Assembly (NCBI GenBank): GCA_904063045.1
Contig: CAJFCJ010000019.1
Span: 2,371,700 to 2,435,699 of the forward strand
DNA: 64,000 nucleotides
From: Dimorphilus gyrociliatus
Taxonomy: Eukaryota; Animalia; Annelida
Direction of reading: 5' to 3'
The translations under genes and the position numbers were made by a program. The notes under the pieces are model-generated. The model did no database searches. It worked only from the letters and a program-made list of their open reading frames with translations, and had not been told where the DNA came from. Each line of letters starts with the position of its first letter. Position 1 is the first letter of the stretch. This document shows, piece after piece, positions 52,259-63,389 of the stretch.

Positions 52259-54202
52259 ATGGCGAACGACGATGATTCTGTTCTATTTGATCGAACGTCG
52301 CTTTTGGACGTTATTGAGGACAAGAACAGGACTCTCAATAAGGTAAAATGACAAGGCCTAAAAATTATTAAACGTTTTATGCATAGATCAAGAATAATTC
52401 AAAGTAAATATTTGCACAATTTTCCTTTCTCGAGCGATTGTTTGCGTTTATGCTCATATGAAAGGCTTGAGCTAGCGGTTAGTCGTTCAGTTTCTAGCCA
52501 AAATGAATGAAGGCGAAACAACAACATTAGAAACTATGAGACGTTATGTCTATGAAAATTCAGATACTCCTGAACCACATCAACATTCAAATTTATTTGA
52601 ATTAAAGTTGGATAGAGTCTACGTAGCTGAATCTGGATATGTAAATAATCGAACGAATGACTGCTTTCTTCTTTAATTTGTACCATATCATAATGATATT
52701 AAGCCTACCTTCTACTATTTTTTTCAGAAAAACCTATTACATAGGGCCGTTATAGTTTGTAAAACAAAAGGAAAGAATAACTTCGAAGAAATCGGAAGTA
52801 AGATAATTAATTAAATAAAAAGTTTGTGTTTTTGTTTGTAAAATAAAAGCTTTTTACCTTATTAGGATACTATGAAAAATTTTTCGTTACTGCTGCAAAT
52901 CAACTTCAAACCGAAACTGCACATGGATTGCTATTAGTTTACCCTGAGTACTGTGTGCACGTGGTAGAGGTTGGTAAACTAAATAGGTTTGCTTAGAATT
53001 CATTTGATAGTAAAGAGAATATTGCTTTTAAAATAAGGCTTCTATGGAAATGATTTTGGAATTGTTAAGAGATATAACAAACACTACCCCAGAAAATGAA
53101 TACAGAACGAATATAGCTAAATTATTGTCTATATCTCGGGATATATCCTTTATTTTTAATAGCATTTAGAATAATTCGAATATTACATATTGAAATTTAA
53201 CCTTAACTCTTACATTACATACCCTATCCATTATATCAATCATGGTCTTATCGGAGTATAGATATTGTTGCTCAGAAGATTGACGAATACGAACCTTCAG
53301 AGACAGAAGATAAGCTAGTTATTGATATGTTAACCCAACTTTTAAAATTGGGTAAGCATTTAAAGCAAACCAAGGTAAGAAAATTTAAGCATGGTTAAAT
53401 TATTTAGTTGAATAGTATTAACAACATAAACAATTTTTAAACGACGATGTTTAACATTAATTAACTCAAGTTTGAAACGTTAATTTAATATTCTAAAAAG
53501 AAAAGCGTTTTCAGGAAAGGACGAATAGCGATGGAGGTTCGGCCAAATCGAACCAAATGCGTATGAGTGTTGTAAGTGACCAAGAAAATATTTAGTTTTA
53601 GAAATCCAAGCTTATTTTATGAAAACAAAATTTTTGTTTTGGCTTATTTTTTGTTTCCAATCATTTTTTCGAAGAAGATTATTTATGTGATTTATGTAGC
53701 TTTGTTAGATTTTTAAATATTCTTTATGTATGATCCTCATACTGTATATTGCATGAATCGATTTGTTTACTTTTTTTTGTCGATTTCCTATTTTTGCATA
53801 TTCAATTTTGTACCATTTTGATAAAAAAATTTTGTGGTAAACTTAAAAACTATTTTCATTAAATTATCATCTGCAGGCCCTTGGTGGAGCACCAGTATCT
53901 GATTCCCTGCATGAAAGAGTACCCGAACTTTTACCTAGACAAGGTAAAATTTTGAATATTAAATACAAATTCTATTTTTAGTTTTCTGTTAAATTGCAGA
54001 GGTGTTAGGTTATCTGCTGGATAATCAAGTTGATTGTATTATGACGCCTAGAGACCTTATTGAAAAGTACGATACACCATTTGATGTGGCTTTGGCAGGA
54101 GGTATGAGCGAGTTGATTCTAATCAAAAGAAGCCTATTTTCAAATTTTTTCATTGCAGATATGGTGTGGCCCTTAAACGTGCGGCTATTTCCGTATAGTT
54201 AG
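52259..54202 (+). CDS. TEX47: Testis-expressed protein 47-like (BLUF-like fold)
   Basis: Exons 52259-52342, 52728-52797 (KNLLHRAVIVCK), 52866-52969 (GLLLVYPEYCVHVVE), 53038-53142, 53219-53374, 53877-53943, 54000-54101, 54159-54202 (DMVWP). Confidence 0.8.
53143..53218 (+). other. U12-type (minor spliceosome) AT-AC intron
   Basis: 5' site ATATCCTTT, branch CCTTAAC at 53201-53207, 3' AC at 53217-53218. Removal restores the frame: SRD|IPYPLYQSW. Confidence 0.85.
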
Positions 54203-54271
54203 GCAAAAAGATTTACTGTATACAATCAGCATAATTTAATTTTTATTATAATAAACGAGATGTAAATGAAT

Positions 54272-56218
54272 TCAAATTAAGTTGTTGAAATTATCATTTA
54301 AAACTTTCTTTTTCATTTCTTTCTTTTCATTTTTCTTTTCATTTTTCTTTTCATTTTTCTTTTCCGGCTTCTTTTCGCTATCCTCTTCTTTATCTTCTCT
54401 TTCAAGCATTTCGTGTTCTTCTTTACGCCACTGGTCTTCAACAACCCTTCTCATAGCAAAATTCATCCGTTCAAGTTTACCAGGTAGTGATTCGTAAAGG
54501 GCATTAGCAAGATTCATTTCGTCCCGCAGAGATGTTCGTATTTGTTTTATTCTTATTGGTTTGTTAACTATCTTTTTTGCTTGATGTTTATTTTTCATTT
54601 TTAAGGGAAAGTCATATTCAGCAGTTGGTAAATAGATATATGATAGATTTTTAGCTATGAGGCCATATAATGACTTTTCAAGAACAGTTGGAATGTAATC
54701 TTGAACAACTTTTGCTGAATCCAAAACACGTTTGTCCATTTCATATCTCTGCACGTGAAGAATTGCTTGCCAAGCAGCGTTCGCTAAATTATCATTCATT
54801 TTGTCTTTTTCAAAAAACCTATAAACATTCCAGACTTGTTCGTAAGCAACCGATCGAACCTTCCATGATATTTTAGACTCTTGATCATAAAATAGAAGGC
54901 CTAGTAGGGAAAAATTCTTTAGCGACTCGTCTTCTCCCACTAAAGCAGTTTTTCGAATCTTTGATGAGGCACTTTTTATAACAATTTCTTTTAATATAGA
55001 AATATATCCCAGACAGCATTGCCATGGCCAAGATGCAAAACCAGAACCGACTTCGGGTTGATGAGTTGAGGCAGTTATGGCTCTGGTACCCAAGCTACCG
55101 TCATCAGCGGCGGCTGATGCGTCAAAGTCTTGCTGCACTGCAGATGTAGTACTAAGTCTAGTTTCTTTTGGAGGTAGCTTTCTCACTGGATCTTTTGGTC
55201 CCTTAGCCATGTGAAACAGGCAATGAAGAACGTCTGTATTTGCTTGACCAGCATCTCCTAGTATATTTAAAGCGGTGAAAACGTCTACCCAATTTTCATC
55301 AGTCACGTGCCAGGCGCAATCTAAAAGGGCAGTTAAACTTATTCTTAAATCCTTAGATGCCTTCTCCACACTCTTCCAAACATCTAAGGAGTGCCAAAGT
55401 GTAGGACTGAGGTCATGAACACAAGATGATATATAGTCTGGAGATTTATGATTAGTTTCAGTTTCTCCCTTAGGAGAGCCTTCTTCTTGCGGTTGAAGAT
55501 CTTCAGATACGTCAGCAGTCAACATTCTTCCAATTTCATGAATAAACTTCATTCGAAGAACACATACAGGATACGGCTCATACGCATTTTCTGAATCAAT
55601 AAAACCTTCTAAATATGTATGTAAACGATCCTTAAATGTATTGAATCCTCCTAGCTCTCCCGCCATGTAATGAAAAAAGAGTCTAAAAAATGTATTCATT
55701 CCAATTTCTAATAGTATAATTTCATTTTTTCTTAAATATGGCTGCGTCAAAGAGTCAGTCCTTAGCCAGTATAGAGTTGTTTCAGCTAAGTAGAACAAAG
55801 CTGGTACTTGTTGCCTATCAAATGGAGATTGTTGAAGAGATTCATTTAAAATTTTTAAACAGTCAGTTTGTATTTTGTGCTGACATTGAGCAAGTTGCGC
55901 GAGTTCCGTCCAAGCTAAAGGGAGATCCACGTGTTTTCCCTCTCCAGCTGTGCTGGCTCCACAGCGTCGTTTAGCTCGTTCAAGCATTTTTTTTGCGACA
56001 TCCAATAATTTTTGTCTATCGTCTGCATTTGTGCAGTTGTTAAATTTATTCACAAAATCCTCGTTAACCTCCAAACTATCTTTTGAGACTTTGGATGATT
56101 TTCCATCTTTAAAAGTTGAAATATATATGTTTCTCTGAATACGCTCTTGAAGTTCATCTCTGTGAGATTGGGATATAATCCCGAACTTATGAACTACAGG
56201 TATTTTGATTACAGGCAT
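54272..56218 (-). CDS. TMEM232: TMEM232-like protein, single exon, 648 aa
   Basis: GKHVDLPLAWTELAQLAQC, VPALFYLAETTLY, LEIGMNTFFRLFFH match the recalled TMEM232 N-terminal domain. Confidence 0.8.
   Translation of the reverse strand: MPVIKIPVVHKFGIISQSHRDELQERIQRNIYISTFKDGKSSKVSKDSLEVNEDFVNKFNNCTNADDRQKLLDVAKKMLERAKRRCGASTAGEGKHVDLPLAWTELAQLAQCQHKIQTDCLKILNESLQQSPFDRQQVPALFYLAETTLYWLRTDSLTQPYLRKNEIILLEIGMNTFFRLFFHYMAGELGGFNTFKDRLHTYLEGFIDSENAYEPYPVCVLRMKFIHEIGRMLTADVSEDLQPQEEGSPKGETETNHKSPDYISSCVHDLSPTLWHSLDVWKSVEKASKDLRISLTALLDCAWHVTDENWVDVFTALNILGDAGQANTDVLHCLFHMAKGPKDPVRKLPPKETRLSTTSAVQQDFDASAAADDGSLGTRAITASTHQPEVGSGFASWPWQCCLGYISILKEIVIKSASSKIRKTALVGEDESLKNFSLLGLLFYDQESKISWKVRSVAYEQVWNVYRFFEKDKMNDNLANAAWQAILHVQRYEMDKRVLDSAKVVQDYIPTVLEKSLYGLIAKNLSYIYLPTAEYDFPLKMKNKHQAKKIVNKPIRIKQIRTSLRDEMNLANALYESLPGKLERMNFAMRRVVEDQWRKEEHEMLEREDKEEDSEKKPEKKNEKKNEKKNEKKEMKKKVLNDNFNNLI
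54329..54364 (-). repeat. Three perfect 12-nt tandem copies encoding EKKN
   Basis: atttttcttttc x3 on the plus strand. Confidence 0.9.
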
Positions 56219-56343
56219 ATCTACTATGAAGCCATTATGTTTACCTTGACAACTAAATTAACGACATCTAACGGATTTAAACAAAACTATAGATAAATTC
56301 ATCATCATCAAACGTGTATTGAAAAAGCATTCATAGTTTATAA

Positions 56344-57194
56344 TTATTCGTTTCTCATCATCATCTTTTGCTTTTTCAGCTTCTTCTGTGAAACTTTCTT
56401 CTTTGTTGGTTCGTCCTCAGCCGGCTTGGCTACGACATCTTCTCTTTCACCAAGAATAACTTCAATATGGCACGGGCTACTCATGTAAGCTAAAAAGTTC
56501 AGATTCGTTAGTAAATTTTACTTGGTTTTAGAATCCAAACGTACGATTAATCCTTCCGTGCGCTCTGTAGGTTCTTCTTCTCATTTTAGGAGCTCTATTC
56601 ACCTGAATATGTTCGATAACCAGATGATCCACGTCTAAACCTTTGAATTCAGCGTTACTTTCGGCATTCTTTAACAATTGAAGCAGAAAGTTGGCGCTCT
56701 TAATGGGCCAACGTCCTTGAGTGGTTCCATGGTTCTTAGCCTGGGCGCATCTACCGACACAAGCGGTATAACGACGGAAAGGAACGCATTCTTTTTTTGA
56801 TACCACGTTCTTAAGGTATTTAACGGCTCTACGAAGATGCATTTTCTTTATCGCTTGAGCTGTTTCGCGAGTGTTCTAGAATTAGAAAAAAATATAAAAT
56901 AGGTATTAATGGGTATTTCATACAGTGAGTTTGTATTTACCTTGAAGTGCACTCTGAGATGCGAACCTCTAGCCTTCGCAGCTGAAAACAGAAAAAAGTT
57001 AGAAAAAAAGGGAAGCGCATGGCAATTGCGATATATGACTGTTACAATAGTGCTTCAGTCTCTAAAATTAACAACATATATAAATTTAGACATATGCTTG
57101 TCAATATATCATCATTAAAATTACTTTGAATGTAAATATTATAAATGTACTCACACTTGGACGCATTTTCTGGATCTATTGAATATCGTGTCAT
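56344..57194 (-). CDS. RPL17: 60S ribosomal protein L17 (uL22)
   Basis: Exons 57194-57155, 56981-56941 ([14 protein letters not shown]), 56875-56545, 56489-56344 (YMSSPCHIE). Confidence 0.97.
57050..57120 (-). ncRNA. SNORD27: Box C/D snoRNA, U27/SNORD27/snR74-like, intronic in RPL17
   Basis: C box ATGATGA (57115-57109), 12-nt guide GACAAGCATATG complementary to 18S CAUAUGCUUGUC, D' box CTAA, D box CTGA (57058-57055). Confidence 0.8.
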
Positions 57195-57276
57195 TGTGAA
57201 TTTCAGCTGAAAAGAAAGCACCGGGTATGAACGAATTGGTCGTGTACAAGTGGCGCATTATAAAATCGGGTACGAA

Positions 57277-57361
57277 GTTACAATTTCAGTAATTTTACTA
57301 TCAAATTATAAATCAGTCGTTTATATAACAAATTATGTTAAAATAAACTCATGATTGTAAC
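57277..57361 (-). ncRNA. Candidate second box C/D snoRNA in the RPL17 5'UTR intron
   Basis: Terminal inverted repeat gttacaat/attgtaac, C-like ATCATGA, internal CTGA (D') and terminal CTGA (D). No target recognised. Confidence 0.4.
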
Positions 57362-57421
57362 TTTAATATCCGATATTTTGAGATTGTAAATTTTTACATA
57401 CACACTGCGTCTGCTGAAACC

Positions 57422-57433
57422 GGAAAAGGAAAA
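57422..57433 (-). promoter_or_regulatory. 5' TOP pyrimidine tract / start region of RPL17
   Basis: TTTTCCTTTTCC on the minus strand, just before a short non-coding exon ending at a gtatgt donor. Confidence 0.6.
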
Positions 57434-57551
57434 TTCCTTGTAGGTTAGGACCGCCGTAAATTTCTAGTGGAAACTGGTAGATGTATAAGTGAAATATTAC
57501 ACATAATTCGAAAATTCAAATATATTTAACAACAATTAAATCTAAGATATT

Positions 57552-58480
57552 ATGAGTAAATATAAGGTGTCATCAACTGAAAGTACATCAACCATGGACC
57601 CATTAGATCTTCCAGAAGGAGTTAAAATTCTAAGTCACCAAGTTGCTGGTCATATTCATAGCGCTACCTGTTTTGGTAATTCTAGTTATTTTATGAGTTT
57701 GCTTTTATTAAGTTTATATTCAATTTTTTAATAGGTTTACTTGAAAGGGGTAATATAGTATTAAAACCAGTCCAGAGATTTCCTAAAGGAAATCGAGAAC
57801 TAGAATTTTACGAAGCAGTAAATAATAAAAACCAAACAGATCAGGTTTTCATTGATATTAGGAAATTTGTCCCAAAATTTTATGGAATCGAATATATTCC
57901 AATTTCTAATAAAAACGCCAAGTATATGAGACTCGAAGATATAACGAAAGTTTTTGATAGACCATGTATCACCGATTTGAAAATCGGTAAGCAAACTTTC
58001 AATCCTTTGGCAAATCCTGATAAGATAATTAAAGAGAAATCAAAATACCCAAGATTGCCAGAAGTTGGATTCCAGATTTTGGGAATGCGTATTTATGATA
58101 CAGTAACCAATAACTATGTTCAATATGATAGAGTTTATGGGCGTTCGTTAGCACCCGAAGATTTAGGTGATAAAGGTCTGAAATTATATCTTACACAGGG
58201 AAATTGCTTCAGAGTTGACGTTTTGAAAGAGATTATAAAGCAAATTAAGGAAATTAGAGATTTTTTCCAAAATCAGACAAAGCTATCTTTCTACTCAAGT
58301 AGTTTACTGGTGGTTTATGAAGGAAATATGAAGGCAAAAAAGCAAATACCTAATGTAGCTCTTGTCAAGATGATCGACTTTGCTCATGTGTTTTCAACTC
58401 AAGAGCATGATGAAAATTATGCTTTTGGGCTAGAAATACTTTTGAAATTATTTACTAATATGCTACCAACTAAAATATAA
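57552..58480 (+). CDS. IPMK: Inositol polyphosphate multikinase (IPK family)
   Basis: HQVAGH, LKPVQRFPKGNRELEFY, PCITDLKIG (PxxxDxKxG), SSSLLVVYEG, MIDFAH; one intron at about 57676-57734. Confidence 0.9.
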
Positions 58481-58782
58481 GCTAAATGACTTGAAAGTAA
58501 TCTTAAGCCTAATTGAAATTTTGTTTAGCGGTACAGTTTATGGAGATAAAGGTAAATTAGGTAAGTATATGCATAAACAGTGTTTATCAATACATGTACA
58601 CGAAGACTAGAAGATAGACAGATCACCAGTAAAACATTGAACGTAAAGAAATTTCACAATAATTATACCATATAGGGTGGGGAAGGCAAAAATACTAAAG
58701 ACAAATGATACCTAGGCCGGCACCAGTTTCCACTAAAGTGGAATGACTAGATAGAGTAGAACAAAATGGTTTTCAGGAATGG

Positions 58783-61319
58783 TTAATGGCTGTGTTCAGG
58801 TCCTCCAATGCAAACAATATTGGGGACATGCCCTGAATCCCATATTCCAGGTCCACATAAAGTACAAAGGCCACTCAAAGTACAGGGAATAGTGGACCTA
58901 GTTCTAAAATCGTGTAATATGGCTCGAGCTTTTCTTAAAACAGCTTCAGCCAACATATGCATTGCCAGCGAAGAGAAATGAAGAAGGATTTCATCAGATG
59001 GTAGGTTTTGTTGAACAACATCTTCCCCATATAACGCTATAATAGCCACGCAAATGAATAAATGAAAATAATCAGTTTGGTAGTGGGCCCAGCATGCTTG
59101 CCACATCCGTAAAGCGTCAGCTTCGCAAAATTCTCGTTTGAAGCACAATAAAATCCAACGGTGGCAAAATAGCAAGTCTAATCCATCAGACTGTTTGCTA
59201 ATATGTTCATAAAAACTGCTCAGCATTATTCGCAAAAGTTCCCTTAAGTAGACCAATTGTTTATCCATATCAACATCCTTAGGGGATGAAACAAATATAG
59301 TATTTCTCATTAAACCAGAAAAGCACCAAAAGGAATCGGATTCATGCTGCAGTTCGGCAAGAATGGGAGCTAACAGGTCCGACATGCCTTGGGTATAACC
59401 GTATTGAGGGTAAAGAGTGGCATAGTTAAGTAAAATATTTTGTAAGACTTCTATGTTAGGATTGTCTTCACCCCGAAAGTAAGCGTGACTTCGATCAGTT
59501 CTGACGACATCTTTTTCAACAATACATTGAATATTTCGAGTAAAAGCTTCTCGCTCCTCCTCGCTCATCTCTTCTCTGAGCTTTCGAATATTTTGATATT
59601 CGATGTATTTTTCGTTTCGAATCTGCTCTCTTTCGTCGAAAGTCGATGAATACGGGTAGTAACTCAAAAGAAAAGGCCACATTTCTCTACGTAGACTCTG
59701 GTCGATTCCAGCAAAAAATACAGCCTGTAAATTATTGAATATTCAACAAAATTAATATCAGTCTTTTTTTTCAAAAATATATTTATGGATATACCTTCCT
59801 CAAAGTATAGCTGTCTTCGATCTGACCCTTTTCGTTCATATGCTGATTCCATGTATCTAAATTGACTTTCGAATATGCTCCCTCTTCTGGATGAACATGT
59901 TTTTCTATATGAGGTCTTACAACTGTCAATTGACGACAGTCGCCATTAATTCTAGCAGCAAAAAACTGAAATTCACTTAGCGTTTGTCGTATTTTATCTA
60001 AACCACCATGATGAAAATGCAATACTTTATACTGGCTTTCACGACTTGCAATAACCATTTGCCCACTGCAAGATGATTCGTCTTCGAAAAAAAATCTAAG
60101 TGATCTCATTTGCCCAAGATCGACAGAAAATACACCGCATATTTTCTCAACGGCTGAGGCAGGAGACGATGGAGAATCAATCGGCGGCGAAGTTTGGTAA
60201 GTAACACTGTTGTCTGGAAAAGAAAATTGATGAACACATATAGGAGAACGACTAGAGGGAGAATCTGGTCCGGAAGTATCGGTTGAAGATCTTGAATCTG
60301 AGCGAATTCTTATTGCAGGCGTATTTGATCCTTCCAGGTTAAGCTTGAAAGAAGCTTTCAGTTTGTCGACCTTGGCTTTTGAATCGTTTTCAAAAACATC
60401 TTCTTCAGATACCACTGTAAGTTGTTCACCTTCCATTTCAATACTTAAAGATTTTTGTGAACTTCCACTTCCTGAGGAGCTTTTCTTTAGACGCTTTTTT
60501 GTTGGATTTTTTAAACATTTCCCACTGTCTGATTCAGTACTCTCACTTACTCTTGGCGTTTCAGAAGTTTCAGATTTTTCCTCTCCCTTCTCTTTTTCAT
60601 CGAAAGAAGTAGCCTTGAAATAGGATGTAACTGATGTCCAAGTGTCAGCCAACGCAGCGTGAACCTCTTCCTTGCTTGGCAATCTATATTCGTACTCTTC
60701 TGTTTCGTCTAAAACGTTAGTCACACCAAGTGTTGTTGGTGGAGGTTCCTCCGGACTAACATAGTCTTCACTAGCGAAGTCTTGCCGCGGAGACCTCCTA
60801 GGGCTAATTCTATTATTTTTTCCTGAATGAGCAGGACTGTTCTCCACAGTACGCGGATTGTTTTCCAAATTAGAATTCGGAATCCAAGTAAGAATTAAAG
60901 TTGTACCCAAAACCTGAATGGAATACAATGGGATAAGTTAAGTTAATTTCTATTGTTTAGAAACTTTAATGAAACATATGCCACCCCCAAAAAAATACAC
61001 CGTACACTAAGACAACTAACGTGCTTTCCATGATATATTTGCTTGCCTTTAGGCTAATCCCAATATAGAATAACAGTATTAAAAAAGGAAATCATTCTAG
61101 ATATGCTTTAATAATTCTTACCTGGTCATCTTGTGACTTGATTGTCAAGTATCCAGGAAAATGTTGTACCTGATTGCTTAATACAGCTGGAGGATGAACA
61201 CATACGTTATTCTTGCAGAAGACAATTTCACCGTCAATCGGAGGATGTTTCCTATTGTTCGAGTCATAATCGATTCCAAGAAGGCTAGAAGCTCTCTTTA
61301 TAAATTGTGTAAACGGCAT
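58783..61319 (-). CDS. TBC1D16: Rab-GAP TBC1 domain family member 16
   Basis: IVFCKNNVCVHPP, VDLGQMRSLRFFF, ASRESQYKVLHFHHGGLDK, TBC core (KDVVRTDR, YTQGMSDL), LCGPGIWDSG; three exons. Confidence 0.93.
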
Positions 61320-61647
61320 TCTGTTAATTAATTGTAGTTTATTGCAATTTCTTCATTTTCGCTCCCATTTTTTCCATCTACTCTTGCAATCGAAAACCAA
61401 AATTGTCGTTAAGATAAATAATTTTTTGGAATCTAGCTAAATAAATCTTAAGAAATTGGTTAATCCATTCTTAGTGGATCAGCTGATGAACTGTAATAAA
61501 ACATAAAGTAAATGTAATTTTAATCATTATTTTACAGCGCCACCTGTACAAAAGTAAACTGTTAAATAAAATAATATTTTACGCGCACGAATTTTAGTTT
61601 ATTTAAAAATGAAAAGAGATTAAAATAACATTACGTCCAATGTTGAA

Positions 61648-63216
61648 ATGACATTAAAACACCAACGAATAGCATTTTCTCCAATAGTGGAAGTTTGTTT
61701 ATTCGATATCAATGAGTATGAAAGCGAAAGTGATCAGAGGATATTACGCCGCCTTAGAATCAACCCTAATTACTCACGGGAAAAAAGCGGAAAACGATCG
61801 TCACCCAATTGTTTTGCACAGCAGTGCCACCAAAGTTTAAAACCTATTACGTGCGTATATACATTTATCTATTTTAGTTATTTATGAGATAAAGTGTGTA
61901 AATATGTGGGTGTGTTGATTATATGAATATATTTTTTCTTTAAAATCAGTGATACAGCAACGCTGAAGATTTATGAAACTTGGAAAAACGTCGTAGATGT
62001 ATCATTTACACAAAAAATGGCTCAAAAGATATATAATGTATTAAAAAAGAAAAATACAGGAAATTACAAATCAGGAATCTATTCCGACTACGAGGTGCCT
62101 AAGGATCATTTACCTTTAGCAAAGCTCATGTGGAATTGGTTAAGGATGGTAGACAAACCAGAAGAACAGGTTAATTTTCAATTGTTCGAAAATATCATTT
62201 TATTTTAAAGTTAAAGTATAAAAAGAAAATTCGATAATAATTATAAATCACTTTCATCAAACTGTTCACTAGGCTGAATTTAAACAATAGGATAATTAAA
62301 CGCTATTAGTTCCGAATGAATCACCCCGAAGTCAGCAAAAAAAAAAATTAATATATATCATGAATAAAGAGATACTTGATAAGAGTTACAAATATGAAAT
62401 TGACTTTATTTCAATTTAAGTGAAGGCGTATTTACTTTCTTCAGCAGAAATCAATAAAAAACTAATGAATCTAAATTACTTTAGTATTGTATCTCACTTA
62501 CTCTTGAGTCAGATTTCTAGAGAAAAATTATTGTGTAATAAAAATGATTTACTCTTTATTTACAGTGTGACGTCCTCATCCTTGTTGCAAGTAATGACAT
62601 ACGATGTGCGAAATATGCTGTACAGCTTTATCATGAAGGTTTAGCTAAGACGATTTTGATTACCGGAAAGTCAAGTAACGTTAGCAAGTACTTAACAAAA
62701 GAACCTGATTGGCAAACATTCGTACGCTACCTCTTTACAAATGGAGTTCCACCTTGTTCTATTATCTTAGAAAATAAAGCGACAAACACTATTGAAAATA
62801 TTTTATTCTCCGAAAAGAAGTTATATGATCTGAAAACGAACTATTCTTCATTAATTTTCGTTACTGTGCCCTGGCTTTGTCGGCGTTTTAGCGCTATCTT
62901 TGAAAAGAATTGGCCTAATTCTAAATCATACAGAGCGTTATTCACTTGTCCTTCGTTTGCATTGGAAGACTTTCCGAACGATAAAACTGGTTCTTTAGCC
63001 GATGCAATAATACTTATGATGTGCACTATAAAGAGGATGTCTTCTATTTTTACGGAGCATTTACAAGGTCATGTAAATATACCAAAAGAAATTATCGACG
63101 CCTACGATATACTTATAAGTAGCAGGCAATATTCAACTTTTTTTGAGATGGAGCAAACTATACCAAATACGCCTTATGAACAAACTAAAGAAGTACCATA
63201 TATAATTTATAAATAA
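61648..63216 (+). CDS. DUF218/YdcF (ElyC/SanA-like) domain protein with N-terminal extension
   Basis: Exons 61648-61850 (less certain), 61950-62169, 62566-63216, in phase. LAKLMWNWLRM..CDVLILVASND..AVQLYHEG..GVPPCSIILENKATNTIENILFS..VPWLCRR. Confidence 0.7.
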
Positions 63217-63389
63217 TTTTCGATCTCATTTAATAAACGACGTAAAACACAAATTTTTTACATTTTTCTTGTAATATTCTAAAGTATTTCTCAATATTTT
63301 TTATACTATCGCAAAGTACCAGTTTATATTAGGATAAGACCAGTCATTGTAGTCCATTTCCTTCTTACATAATTCCTAACTGAAAGAAA

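Noticed and set aside
53265-53278. 14-nt match to miR-315 (attgttgctcagaa)
   Set aside because: Falls within a TEX47 coding exon; 5' seed mismatched and no hairpin
57091-57102. Plus-strand 12-mer identical to the 18S rRNA 5' region
   Set aside because: Too short for an rRNA fragment; better explained as the snoRNA guide on the minus strand
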